IMG/VR virus record: IMGVR_UViG_3300025410_000009
Strand: one strand, 5' to 3'
DNA from: a virus
Taxonomy: Duplodnaviria > Caudoviricetes
Length of the DNA: 64,000 nt
The position numbers were made by a program, and so were the translations under genes. Shown here one piece after another: positions 44,836 to 53,468 of this stretch (positions are counted from its first letter, which is position 1; each line of letters starts with the position of its first letter). The notes beneath the pieces were generated by a model. It was not told the origin of the DNA. It did no database searches and worked only from the letters and a program-made list of their open reading frames with translations.

Positions 44836-46329
44836 TTAAACTTTTTTTGCCAAACCTGCAAGACGCAAAATTTGGTCTATGCTTTCGAATGGTTTAGTGG
44901 GACGATCACCATTTCCGGGCTGAGCCTGACCAACCGAATTCTGCGGAGCCGGTGGGCTTTGTGGACCAGGATGATTGGCTTGTGGAGTCAATTCGCCTGG
45001 CTGTGGCACAGTGGGATCGGTGCTGGTTTCGTTTTGCAGTATTGTGGAAAATTCCTGTGCTAGGTCGTTTTCTCCAGTTTTGCGTAGCCAGCTGATGACC
45101 ACGGGTCTTGCGTCAGACCCCGGATTGCCTTGACTCAATTGATAAAATTCATCGTCAAGTGCGTCGGAGCTGATCTGCGGATCGATAGCTGCACTGGCGT
45201 CTGTGCCGTTAACACCCACTGTAAGTGGTTTACTCATGATGTTTCTTAAATGATATAAATCATCATCGGTAAATCCATCATCCTCGTCTTCAGTTAGTGA
45301 TGTGGCCCAATCGTCAAATTCGGCCACGTAGGCATTCTCGCGGGCCAGTTGTCGTTTTTGGTATGCGCGGTACACATGGGGTAGTGCTTCGCTGAGTCTA
45401 TCGTCAAACACCTTTTTAACAAAGCGCTCTTTGAGAGCATCAATGTCCATGTCATCTTCTGTGATAATGGTGTCTTGTGGTTTAAAACTTTCACGGAATT
45501 GTTGATAACCGCGATGACCGGTCATGGACAATAGGCCGGTTCGTAATTCGTTGTAGCGTTCGGTTGCAGCTTCAACCATGCCCACTGTTTCGGCATCTTC
45601 AAATGTGCGATTACGCATGTTGCGTACAAACACACTCATGTCCGACATTTCTTTGACCACGTTCACAATGTGCTGACCAATTTCGTCTTGTATGATGCCA
45701 CCTTCGCTGATGTGGCGTGCCATGGCTCGTGCTGGATTTAGTTTGGTAAATGGCAATAGGAATCGCTCGCCCAAGTGTGTTTCTACAAATATGGATTCAA
45801 TGTTGCGTGTACGCGAACCTGGCACTGCTTCATCAATATTGGATTTATGACGCACCACAAGTCTCACTGGTCCTACTGACTGGTAGCTGCTTTTAGAGCT
45901 GCCAAACATTTTGCTTTCAGATACACGAACTTCGGATGCATCCTGTGTGCCGTCTGCAGCACTGACATGTTTCAAATCACGCAGTTTTAAATTGCTGCGT
46001 GTGATATCGCGAGTGTCAAACGACAGTAGATTACGTCTAGCAAACTGGCGCATGTTACGCAAAAAGTCAAACCATTCAGCACGTTGCTCGGGATTTAACT
46101 CGCTGGTGATATTTTTGCTGAAATAGACTTTTAGACTCTGCTCGTCAATGATACTGATGGTTATGTTACCAAAGTTTTGCCCGTCGCGGGCCACATAGTC
46201 AAAATTAAAGAATCTGGCCTTGGCAGGATCTGTGGTGTTTTTGGCCAATTCGTCGCCCACACTGACATTCTCAAATCTCGAGCGTATTTTGTCAAACAAC
46301 TCTTCGGCAATTTTGGTAAGTTCTCTCAT
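44836..46329 (-). CDS. Hypothetical protein, probably virion-associated
   Basis: 497-aa ORF; TAAATA 4 nt upstream; follows terminase. Confidence 0.6.
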   Translation of the reverse strand: MRELTKIAEELFDKIRSRFENVSVGDELAKNTTDPAKARFFNFDYVARDGQNFGNITISIIDEQSLKVYFSKNITSELNPEQRAEWFDFLRNMRQFARRNLLSFDTRDITRSNLKLRDLKHVSAADGTQDASEVRVSESKMFGSSKSSYQSVGPVRLVVRHKSNIDEAVPGSRTRNIESIFVETHLGERFLLPFTKLNPARAMARHISEGGIIQDEIGQHIVNVVKEMSDMSVFVRNMRNRTFEDAETVGMVEAATERYNELRTGLLSMTGHRGYQQFRESFKPQDTIITEDDMDIDALKERFVKKVFDDRLSEALPHVYRAYQKRQLARENAYVAEFDDWATSLTEDEDDGFTDDDLYHLRNIMSKPLTVGVNGTDASAAIDPQISSDALDDEFYQLSQGNPGSDARPVVISWLRKTGENDLAQEFSTILQNETSTDPTVPQPGELTPQANHPGPQSPPAPQNSVGQAQPGNGDRPTKPFESIDQILRLAGLAKKV

Positions 46330-46344
46330 AGTGTATTTATTCTT

Positions 46345-47913
46345 TTAAATCATTATAAATGGCATTGGCATTATGACATCATCTAGTGTATCACGCAATC
46401 TAGCGTCTAGATTGCTGTCATAGTTTTGCAGAGCTTGAATCATGCGTATGGCCAACAACATGGCCATGACCAAATCGTCAGTTTCGCCAATTTTGGCTGC
46501 ATAGCTGGTGCCCGATGCCACAAAAGTCTTTAGTTCGCTGATGGTATTTGAACTAGAAATGGTCATCTTTTTGGTTTCTAGCATGTTTTTAAACTTGGCA
46601 CAGGCAGCAATCTTGCTCTTGTTTGTGGTAGTAAATCCTTTACGGTATCTAGTACCACTGCCCATGCTGCGTCTAGGTTCGCTTAAGAATGTACCAGGTA
46701 TGTTTTCTTCGCCCATTTGTGAAATACAGATCAGTGCTGCTTCGCCTAGGGTGTTGTTTTCCACGCTGTAGTATATGTCGTTGCCGTTGCCGGTTTCATC
46801 GACAATGTGCTGGCAAATATCACGTAGGATCACCACCTGCTGTTGTACTCGAGTTTTGTTGTGCTGCCACTCGCCCACTTGTAGACAACCCGGTAATTCC
46901 AACACCTGTATGGCAGCAGGGTCGCCGCCTGTGCCTAGGCTGGGATCCAGCGCCACAATGTAAGTATGACCGCGTGTGGGTCGTTTGTACCAGCGCACTT
47001 GGCCAGTACGATACAAGGGCTCGATCCCACCCAACTCGGCCAGCATGATGGAATTGATCAAGGTCTCATCATAGATCAAAAATTCGCAGCCGTGTTCACG
47101 ACGGAAACGTTCTTCACCAATGCGACCAATTTCTTCAGCTTTCCACTGCTCATCACGATCCGGATGCTCGTCCCATCTGGCTTGATAGGGTCGAAATCCG
47201 TTAATGCCCAATTCAGTTTCGTTGCCGTGCTCGTCAATGCGTTTGTTGGCCTGTTTCCAAATATGTGCAAATTGATCTTCGTCGCTGTTGGGAGTTGATG
47301 TAATAATGGCTTTACCACCAGTGCTGAGTGTGGGCGAAATTGATGTCCAGAACTCTTTAGCAATTGTGGGGCGCACGAATGCAAACTCGTCACAGTATAA
47401 CAGAGTAATAGACATACCACGACCGGTTGTTTCTGTAGTAGTGGCACTGACTATGCGCGATCCGTTTTCGAATTCAATACTGCCCTTGTTGTAGTTGGTG
47501 GCACCAGCACGTATAAAATCCGGACACAATTCGTAGGCATAGCGCACACGTTGCATAATTTCCTGTGCACCAGTGTATTTGTGTGCAGCAATTAGAATGG
47601 TTGCATCAGGAATAAACATGGCATACCACAAGAGATATCCAGCAGCACTGGTTGTTTTACCAGTCTGTCGTGGCATAAGGCTGATACTGAAACGATTTTG
47701 ATGATAGGTATCAATCAACTTCTTTTGATACTCAAATGGGTGATACAGCATCTTGCCTTTTGTGGGATGCTGTATGTAAAAATAATTGTCCATGAAGTAT
47801 TTGGGCCCCGACACTGGGTCAGCACATTTGGCAAACTCACGTATCTGGTGCTCGGTGTACGATTCTCTTTGATGAGCACGTTTTACCAGAGCATTTTCTG
47901 CATTACCACTCAT
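46345..47913 (-). CDS. 17: Terminase large subunit (T4 gp17-like)
   Basis: PRQTGKTT, LYCDEFAF, ITSTPN, LDPSLG, DDLVMA. Confidence 0.96.
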   Translation of the reverse strand: MSGNAENALVKRAHQRESYTEHQIREFAKCADPVSGPKYFMDNYFYIQHPTKGKMLYHPFEYQKKLIDTYHQNRFSISLMPRQTGKTTSAAGYLLWYAMFIPDATILIAAHKYTGAQEIMQRVRYAYELCPDFIRAGATNYNKGSIEFENGSRIVSATTTETTGRGMSITLLYCDEFAFVRPTIAKEFWTSISPTLSTGGKAIITSTPNSDEDQFAHIWKQANKRIDEHGNETELGINGFRPYQARWDEHPDRDEQWKAEEIGRIGEERFRREHGCEFLIYDETLINSIMLAELGGIEPLYRTGQVRWYKRPTRGHTYIVALDPSLGTGGDPAAIQVLELPGCLQVGEWQHNKTRVQQQVVILRDICQHIVDETGNGNDIYYSVENNTLGEAALICISQMGEENIPGTFLSEPRRSMGSGTRYRKGFTTTNKSKIAACAKFKNMLETKKMTISSSNTISELKTFVASGTSYAAKIGETDDLVMAMLLAIRMIQALQNYDSNLDARLRDTLDDVIMPMPFIMI

Positions 47914-47970
47914 TGACCTTGTCCTTTAGCTGTGTTATAATCCATGGGTTAACTTTGGTTAAATATACTT

Positions 47971-48507
47971 ATGATTGATACCCTTCTTCTAAATTCAGAT
48001 TTCAATCCAATTTCAGTTCTTCCGTTAAGTGTAATTTCGTGGCAACATGCCGTAAAACTTATGTTTTTGGATCGTGTGGTTGTGATTGAAACCTATCCCG
48101 GCCGCCTAATACGCAGCGAACACCTCACACTAGAAGTACCCAGCGTGTGTATGACCAAAGATTATTTTAACTACAAGAAAACAGTCAAGTTCAGCAGAGC
48201 CAATATGTTTTTGCGTGACTTGTATCAATGTCAATACTGCGCTGACACTTTTGCTGTTAAAGATCTAACACTGGATCATGTTATCCCACGTGCCAGTGGT
48301 GGAAAAACTACATGGGAAAATTCAGTTACAGCCTGCAAGTCTTGCAATCACAAAAAAGGCAGCAAGTTGCAAAGACCAATTCGTACTCCATTCAAACCCG
48401 ACTACTACGGCTTGATCAATCAGTGGAAGAATCGTCCGTTCCGTGTGGGTCACCCCAGCTGGTACAAGTATTTGGGAATTGAAGAAGTTGCCGCAATTGC
48501 TAGTTGA
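47971..48507 (+). CDS. HNH endonuclease
   Basis: CQYC, LTLDHVIPRASGG, WENSVTACKSCNHKKG. Confidence 0.93.
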   Translation: MIDTLLLNSDFNPISVLPLSVISWQHAVKLMFLDRVVVIETYPGRLIRSEHLTLEVPSVCMTKDYFNYKKTVKFSRANMFLRDLYQCQYCADTFAVKDLTLDHVIPRASGGKTTWENSVTACKSCNHKKGSKLQRPIRTPFKPDYYGLINQWKNRPFRVGHPSWYKYLGIEEVAAIAS

Positions 48508-48820
48508 GATCTAGCTTTTCGGGATTTTTGTATTTGGGCGCCTTGTCGTCACCAATAGGCTTTTCCCCGGTCAAATAGGGTCTAGAGAACCAAAGTTTAA
48601 ACCACTCATCGCTGCCAGGTTTGATGTGGTGCTTTTTCTCTAGGTCTCGTTTTTCCATACCAGTCATGCTGATGTTGCTGCCCACCGGGCTCATGATGCC
48701 GGCTGCTGTATTACTTTGTGTGGGATCGGCTGAATTTTCCAATATGCTCTTGACTGGCATTAAGCCAGCTAGACGCAGCATATCGCGCAAGGGATCATCA
48801 GGTGATAGTTTGGCCCACAT
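48500..48820 (-). CDS. Hypothetical protein
   Basis: IKPGSDEWFKLWFSRPYLTGE; LRDMLRLAGL motif. Confidence 0.65.
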   Translation of the reverse strand: MWAKLSPDDPLRDMLRLAGLMPVKSILENSADPTQSNTAAGIMSPVGSNISMTGMEKRDLEKKHHIKPGSDEWFKLWFSRPYLTGEKPIGDDKAPKYKNPEKLDLN

Positions 48821-48823
48821 GTG

Positions 48824-49192
48824 TTAAACGCCGTAACGATTTTTCTTTTTGGGTGCCACTGGGCTGGCCTTGTTGACACTGTCAATTTCTCGGCTGCGAC
48901 TGTCGCTCCAGACTCGTTTGCTACCATCACCAATTTGCTGTGCAGCATAATTAATGATTTCCATTTCGGCCTCAGTATAAGGAGCCAATAAAGGATCACC
49001 GGCAATATAGTTGTCGGCCTTGGTGGGATATTCGGGTGCACCAGCTAGAGCAATACCAAAACGATAGTTAAGATACAGCGACCCGCTGTTCATGTTTTGG
49101 TCAGGAAAAGTTGTAAGATTGCGAATCGCAGTCTTGTGATGATGATGCACTGGCTCGCGACCACCTTCAACAATGACGTCTTTAATCTTCAT
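48824..49192 (-). CDS. Hypothetical protein, paralog A (putative internal head protein)
   Basis: MKIKDVIVE start; YRFGIALAGA, AGDPL, SPV..KKKNRYGV. Confidence 0.7.
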   Translation of the reverse strand: MKIKDVIVEGGREPVHHHHKTAIRNLTTFPDQNMNSGSLYLNYRFGIALAGAPEYPTKADNYIAGDPLLAPYTEAEMEIINYAAQQIGDGSKRVWSDSRSREIDSVNKASPVAPKKKNRYGV

Positions 49193-49593
49193 TATACGCC
49201 GTAACGATTTTTCTTTTTTGCGTTCACTGGGCTGGTTTTGTGAACTTCATGATGCTCTTCGCTGCGTTTGCTACCCAAGGGAATAGCTTGCCCAGCGCCC
49301 ACCATGTCGGCAGCATTTTTCATCATGGCGCCTTCTTCGTCAGTGAAAGTCAAGAACAACGGATCTCCAGCCATGGGGCCTGCGGGATCAGTGTGTACGC
49401 TTTTGTCTTTGTCACTGTGTGCACCAGCCAAAGCAATACCATAGCGATACTGCAAGTAAGCAGATCCATTGCTCTTGTTATTACTGATGTCGGGCATACT
49501 AACTGCGCCCTTAAGGCTGGCAACTGCACCCTGGTCAAGATTTTTAGGGTTTGCAGGAGTATCAACTTCTACTAGTATGTCTCTAATTTTCAT
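49192..49593 (-). CDS. Hypothetical protein, paralog B
   Basis: MKIRDILVE start; YRYGIALAGA, AGDPL, SPV..KKKNRYGV. Confidence 0.7.
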   Translation of the reverse strand: MKIRDILVEVDTPANPKNLDQGAVASLKGAVSMPDISNNKSNGSAYLQYRYGIALAGAHSDKDKSVHTDPAGPMAGDPLFLTFTDEEGAMMKNAADMVGAGQAIPLGSKRSEEHHEVHKTSPVNAKKKNRYGV

Positions 49594-49599
49594 AGCTTA

Positions 49600-50247
49600 T
49601 TAGGGTTTTGGTGGCAAACCAGCTAGACTACGCAACGAAGCTAAATCGCTCATGTTGTTGCTGGTATCGCCAACTTGAGCTGTGGTCAACGGGAAATTTT
49701 TTCCAGCTGCTTTGCGTGCCGCTGCAGGAATGTTTTCTGGACGCGGTTTTGTTGCAAATGGCAAGTTGGTGGTTGTAGATTGTATTGGGCTGATGGCTTC
49801 ATCAATACCCAGGTCCTGTTGGAAACGATTGCTGACCCACTCGTGCGGATCACTATCACGGGCTTTTTTGGTACCATATGGCATATCATCAAAGTAATAG
49901 TCATACAAGGCATCGTACAAGTGATTTGACATGTTGCCGGTGGTTTTGAAATCAGATACATCACGTTTGAATGTGTTGCAAATATGATCAAAAGTGCTGC
50001 CGGTATGATCGTTCATGACACTTTCTTTCACATGATCTGGCAAACCTTTGTGTTTGGTGCTGGCAAAATCTTTGGCAGCTTTTTTGCTCATGGTACCTGC
50101 AACTTTGGCAACAGCTGGGCTAGCAGCTTTTTTGCCAGTTTGTGCAGCATGAACCATGCCCATGAATTTCTGCTGAGCTTGGCTTACCGCACGTTCAGCA
50201 ATAGTGGCTTCAGCTTCAGCAATATAGTCAACAAAACTTTTTTTCAT
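49600..50247 (-). CDS. Hypothetical head-associated protein (DUF3008-like segment)
   Basis: AVSQAQQKFMGMVHAAQ...KDFASTKHKGLP; MKKSFVDYIAE start. Confidence 0.6.
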   Translation of the reverse strand: MKKSFVDYIAEAEATIAERAVSQAQQKFMGMVHAAQTGKKAASPAVAKVAGTMSKKAAKDFASTKHKGLPDHVKESVMNDHTGSTFDHICNTFKRDVSDFKTTGNMSNHLYDALYDYYFDDMPYGTKKARDSDPHEWVSNRFQQDLGIDEAISPIQSTTTNLPFATKPRPENIPAAARKAAGKNFPLTTAQVGDTSNNMSDLASLRSLAGLPPKP

Positions 50248-50249
50248 GA

Positions 50250-51530
50250 TTATTTTGCCTTTGTAATTTTGATTGTGGCCAATTCTTCAAACAGGCTGCG
50301 TTCCAATTTGGCTAGTTCGTCGGCTTCGCGCATTTCATTGTGCTTACGCATGGCCATGGGATTGTCGCCGTTACGATAGCCATGTTTGTGTTGTGCTTTT
50401 TCACTGTTCAAATCATTACCTTGATGCATTTGTGTATCAACAGGTTGTGTTTCTGGTTCAGGCTCATTGGCATAAGCTTCTTCAACTTCGTGCTCTTGCT
50501 CGCCTGCGCCACCAAAATCAAAACCGCCATCTTGTTGTGCAAGTGGAACAGAAATTACTTTGATATGATCAGCCATGGTGGGCTCAGCCGCCGCTTCGGG
50601 TTCGGCTTGATGTGCACCATCATGACCAATTCCGGCCATTTTCAACATCTGCATCAACTCGTCAGCTGACTCACCGTCAGCATTGATGTTGATGGTCTTT
50701 TTACCGGTGCGTGTGTCAATGGTGGTGTTGATGCTCATGCCAGACTCTGCATCTTCAACAAATTCGTTAAGTTGACTTTCTTTAAAAGTAGACTTCTTTT
50801 CCTTGTTGGCTTCTTTGTCGCCTTTTTGGCTTTGCCATCCTTGTACTGTGGTAGCTTTGACTTTGGCACCGCTGGGTAGTTCTACTTCGCGTTCAGATTT
50901 TTTGGCAGGAGCTTGTTTTTCTTCAGCTTCAGCAACTTCTTCTTTGTTGCTGTGATCGCAAGAGCATTTGCTTTCCCACATGCCGCATTCGTTGCATTTC
51001 TCACCGCACTCACCAGTGTGTACTTCACCGCAGGTGCTGCATTTTTCTTCAGCTTCAAAGATGCCAGTCCAGCGTTTCATTAGGTCAGCACTGGTGGCTT
51101 CTTTGACATGATATTCTTTGCCGCCAACTTTGAAAGTATCTTTGTGTTGTGCTTTGGCTTTGGCCAATTCACCAGAGAATTCATTGCCTTCTTCCATATC
51201 ATCTTCTTTGACTTTTTCTTTGGCAGCACTCTTCATGGGTTCTTTTTTATCGCCGTCTTTGTCAAGATCTAGGAAGTCGGGTTTGGCGCCTTCTTCAATT
51301 TCATCGGGCACAGCATATTTGGCATATCTGCTTTGATTGCCATATGATTTGCGACCTGGGTCGCTGGAGTCGGCTTCTTTACCGGTGTACTTGTCGCCTT
51401 TGACAGCGGTACCGGTGTGTTCTTTACCAGCCTGGTCGGTCCATGGCTTGTCGGTTTTAGTAGCAGCTTCAGACAATGTGGTTGGTGCACCGATGGCGTC
51501 TAGCTTGCTTAATAATTGGGAGAAGTTCAT
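50250..51530 (-). CDS. Acidic low-complexity protein, putative scaffold/internal protein
   Basis: KPDFLDLDKDGDKKEPMK motif; many xxE|G/A sites; Cys-rich CxxC cluster; start MNFSQLL after AAAGGA. Confidence 0.55.
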   Translation of the reverse strand: MNFSQLLSKLDAIGAPTTLSEAATKTDKPWTDQAGKEHTGTAVKGDKYTGKEADSSDPGRKSYGNQSRYAKYAVPDEIEEGAKPDFLDLDKDGDKKEPMKSAAKEKVKEDDMEEGNEFSGELAKAKAQHKDTFKVGGKEYHVKEATSADLMKRWTGIFEAEEKCSTCGEVHTGECGEKCNECGMWESKCSCDHSNKEEVAEAEEKQAPAKKSEREVELPSGAKVKATTVQGWQSQKGDKEANKEKKSTFKESQLNEFVEDAESGMSINTTIDTRTGKKTININADGESADELMQMLKMAGIGHDGAHQAEPEAAAEPTMADHIKVISVPLAQQDGGFDFGGAGEQEHEVEEAYANEPEPETQPVDTQMHQGNDLNSEKAQHKHGYRNGDNPMAMRKHNEMREADELAKLERSLFEELATIKITKAK

Positions 51531-51531
51531 T

Positions 51532-52119
51532 TTATTTTCCTTTAACTGGGCTTGGTATTTTATTTTGGCGACTGCCAACTGGACTGACATGTTCTGTTGG
51601 GATGTCATTTAGCGTCTTGCCATCAGACTTTTCCTTGCCAGCTATTTCATATTTACGTGATTCTAACTCTTTGATCAGGCTACCAATTCTTTGTTGTCCC
51701 ACAACTTCTTGGCCACCAGGAGCAGCTTTGAGTTCGGGCTGTTCTAGTAGAGCACCTTCATGGTCTTTGCCGTACGCTTCAGCAGCTTCGGTTTGATCGT
51801 ATTCGTTTTTGGTACGCACCATGAAACTACCAGGAGGAACAAAAGCTCGTTCACTGAGTACTTGTGCCAATTGAGCTGTAGTAACTGGATAGTTTACAGC
51901 AAAATCAATCAAATGGCATTCGCAAGCACCCAAATTAGGGAACTCACGATGTTCTTGGATTGGCAATCTCTTTGGTTTGCTAATGGTGGCCAATGAATAG
52001 GTTTCCAGCGCATGTTTGATTCTATCTAGATTTTCGCTAGTAGGTTCATGATTCGCCAGCTTAATACAAAACTCAAAAGTTTTATGAGTTTCATACAAGT
52101 ATTGTGTGAATGCTTTCAT
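51532..52119 (-). CDS. Hypothetical protein, putative internal head protein
   Basis: MKAFTQYLYET closely resembles the T4 IP leader MKTYQEFIAE. Confidence 0.6.
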   Translation of the reverse strand: MKAFTQYLYETHKTFEFCIKLANHEPTSENLDRIKHALETYSLATISKPKRLPIQEHREFPNLGACECHLIDFAVNYPVTTAQLAQVLSERAFVPPGSFMVRTKNEYDQTEAAEAYGKDHEGALLEQPELKAAPGGQEVVGQQRIGSLIKELESRKYEIAGKEKSDGKTLNDIPTEHVSPVGSRQNKIPSPVKGK

Positions 52120-52151
52120 AGTTAAATCCTGTTATCTATATTTATATTATT

Positions 52152-52646
52152 TTAAGACTTTGGTGCCGTATTGCTCAACACTTGTTTTAGTAATTCGTTG
52201 CGATCTAACACTACAGCATGCCCTTCTAGTGGTGGAGCACCTGCATCGGCTTTGCCAGCCTGTTGATCTAGTCGAGCTTTTTTTAATTGCAAATCAATCA
52301 TGCGTAGTTTTTTATCTATCTTGGCCTGTTTGGCTGTGATGGCATGTCCCAATAACACACCGGCTGTTTGCAATATAGTGCCCGAAAAACGTGCTTCTAC
52401 ATTCATGCCCAAGTCCATAAGGTCTTCAAATTTGTCTTTGGCCAGCTTGGCCAACTCGTCCATTTCGGCATCGGCTTGATCAAGCTCACGCACTTGCGGT
52501 AGCGCCAAGTCAATTCGATCAATAATTGAATCAGCTTCACTCAACATGTGTTGCTGTTCTTCAATGTCATTGACATACGATTCTGCAGCAGGCTCAGTAG
52601 AGTCCAGTAGCGGAAGATCAAATAAGGCTTCGAGTTTTTTAGTCAT
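52152..52646 (-). CDS. Possible terminase small subunit
   Basis: Helical coiled coil, size and late promoter; weak resemblance only. Confidence 0.4.
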   Translation of the reverse strand: MTKKLEALFDLPLLDSTEPAAESYVNDIEEQQHMLSEADSIIDRIDLALPQVRELDQADAEMDELAKLAKDKFEDLMDLGMNVEARFSGTILQTAGVLLGHAITAKQAKIDKKLRMIDLQLKKARLDQQAGKADAGAPPLEGHAVVLDRNELLKQVLSNTAPKS

Positions 52647-52654
52647 ATAGATAT

Positions 52655-53095
52655 TTAGCGAGTGGATTTTATTCCCGAGAAGATGTCTTGCTCGGTTACC
52701 ACACGAAATTTAAGTCCCTGCTGTGCACACCAGGCTCGTGCCGCAGCCCATTTGGCCATGTTCAATATGGCAGCAGCCTGTGCCCTAGGACTTCGACCAG
52801 CTTCGTGCAAACTGGTTTCTTTAAGCGGTTTGACCTCAACTACTTCGGCATGTTGTTGTGAATTTTTGTCCACATACAGGATCATGAAGTCGGGTACGTA
52901 TATGGTATTCTTGCCAGTGAGTGGATTGCGGTAGGGAATCATGAACGGCTCACTGGCCCACTGTACCACAGCAGGATTGTTGTCGCAAAAACTCATGAAT
53001 GTAAATTCCCAACCTGATCTATAAGTTGGAGTTTTTTTGCCTATGTATTTTTCAGGGTTTTTGACTTGAAACTTGCCCTGTGCATATTTTGCCAT
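52655..53095 (-). CDS. 4: Head completion nuclease (T4 gp4/TnsA-like)
   Basis: GKFQVKNPEKYIG, YRSGWE, WASEP, YVPDF, EVKP, KWAAA. Confidence 0.9.
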   Translation of the reverse strand: MAKYAQGKFQVKNPEKYIGKKTPTYRSGWEFTFMSFCDNNPAVVQWASEPFMIPYRNPLTGKNTIYVPDFMILYVDKNSQQHAEVVEVKPLKETSLHEAGRSPRAQAAAILNMAKWAAARAWCAQQGLKFRVVTEQDIFSGIKSTR

Positions 53096-53096
53096 G

Positions 53097-53468
53097 TCAC
53101 GCCTTGATTAGCCTAGCCACATACTTGCTGGTCTTGGGGGCATTGTTTATGCCTAGGTAGCTGGTACCAATTCTGTTTAGATTTAAAAACATGGTAAGGT
53201 AAGCATTCAATTGATTGGCCGGCATGGATTTAAATTGTTTGATGGTGTCTATGGGGTTAATTTTTTGCGTGGCACTGGTCAATATAACTGCGCTGGCCAG
53301 TGCTCGGGCAGATTCTGGCGTATCAGTTATTTCTTCAAAGTAGGCCAGAATAGCATCATCGATGTTTTGACTTACAGTTGTTTGCGGTTGATAGAAATTA
53401 TTGAAATACGTGTTGGTATTTGCAAGACTGTCAAGATTGATTTGTGAATTAGTGTTATTTGAGTTCAT
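53097..53468 (-). CDS. Hypothetical protein (tail module)
   Basis: 123 aa, coupled to the tube-like gene. Confidence 0.55.
   Translation of the reverse strand: MNSNNTNSQINLDSLANTNTYFNNFYQPQTTVSQNIDDAILAYFEEITDTPESARALASAVILTSATQKINPIDTIKQFKSMPANQLNAYLTMFLNLNRIGTSYLGINNAPKTSKYVARLIKA

Noticed and set aside
4113-47913. Inteins or introns in nrdA, nrdB, helicases, recombinase or terminase
   Set aside because: All have normal lengths and contiguous motifs.
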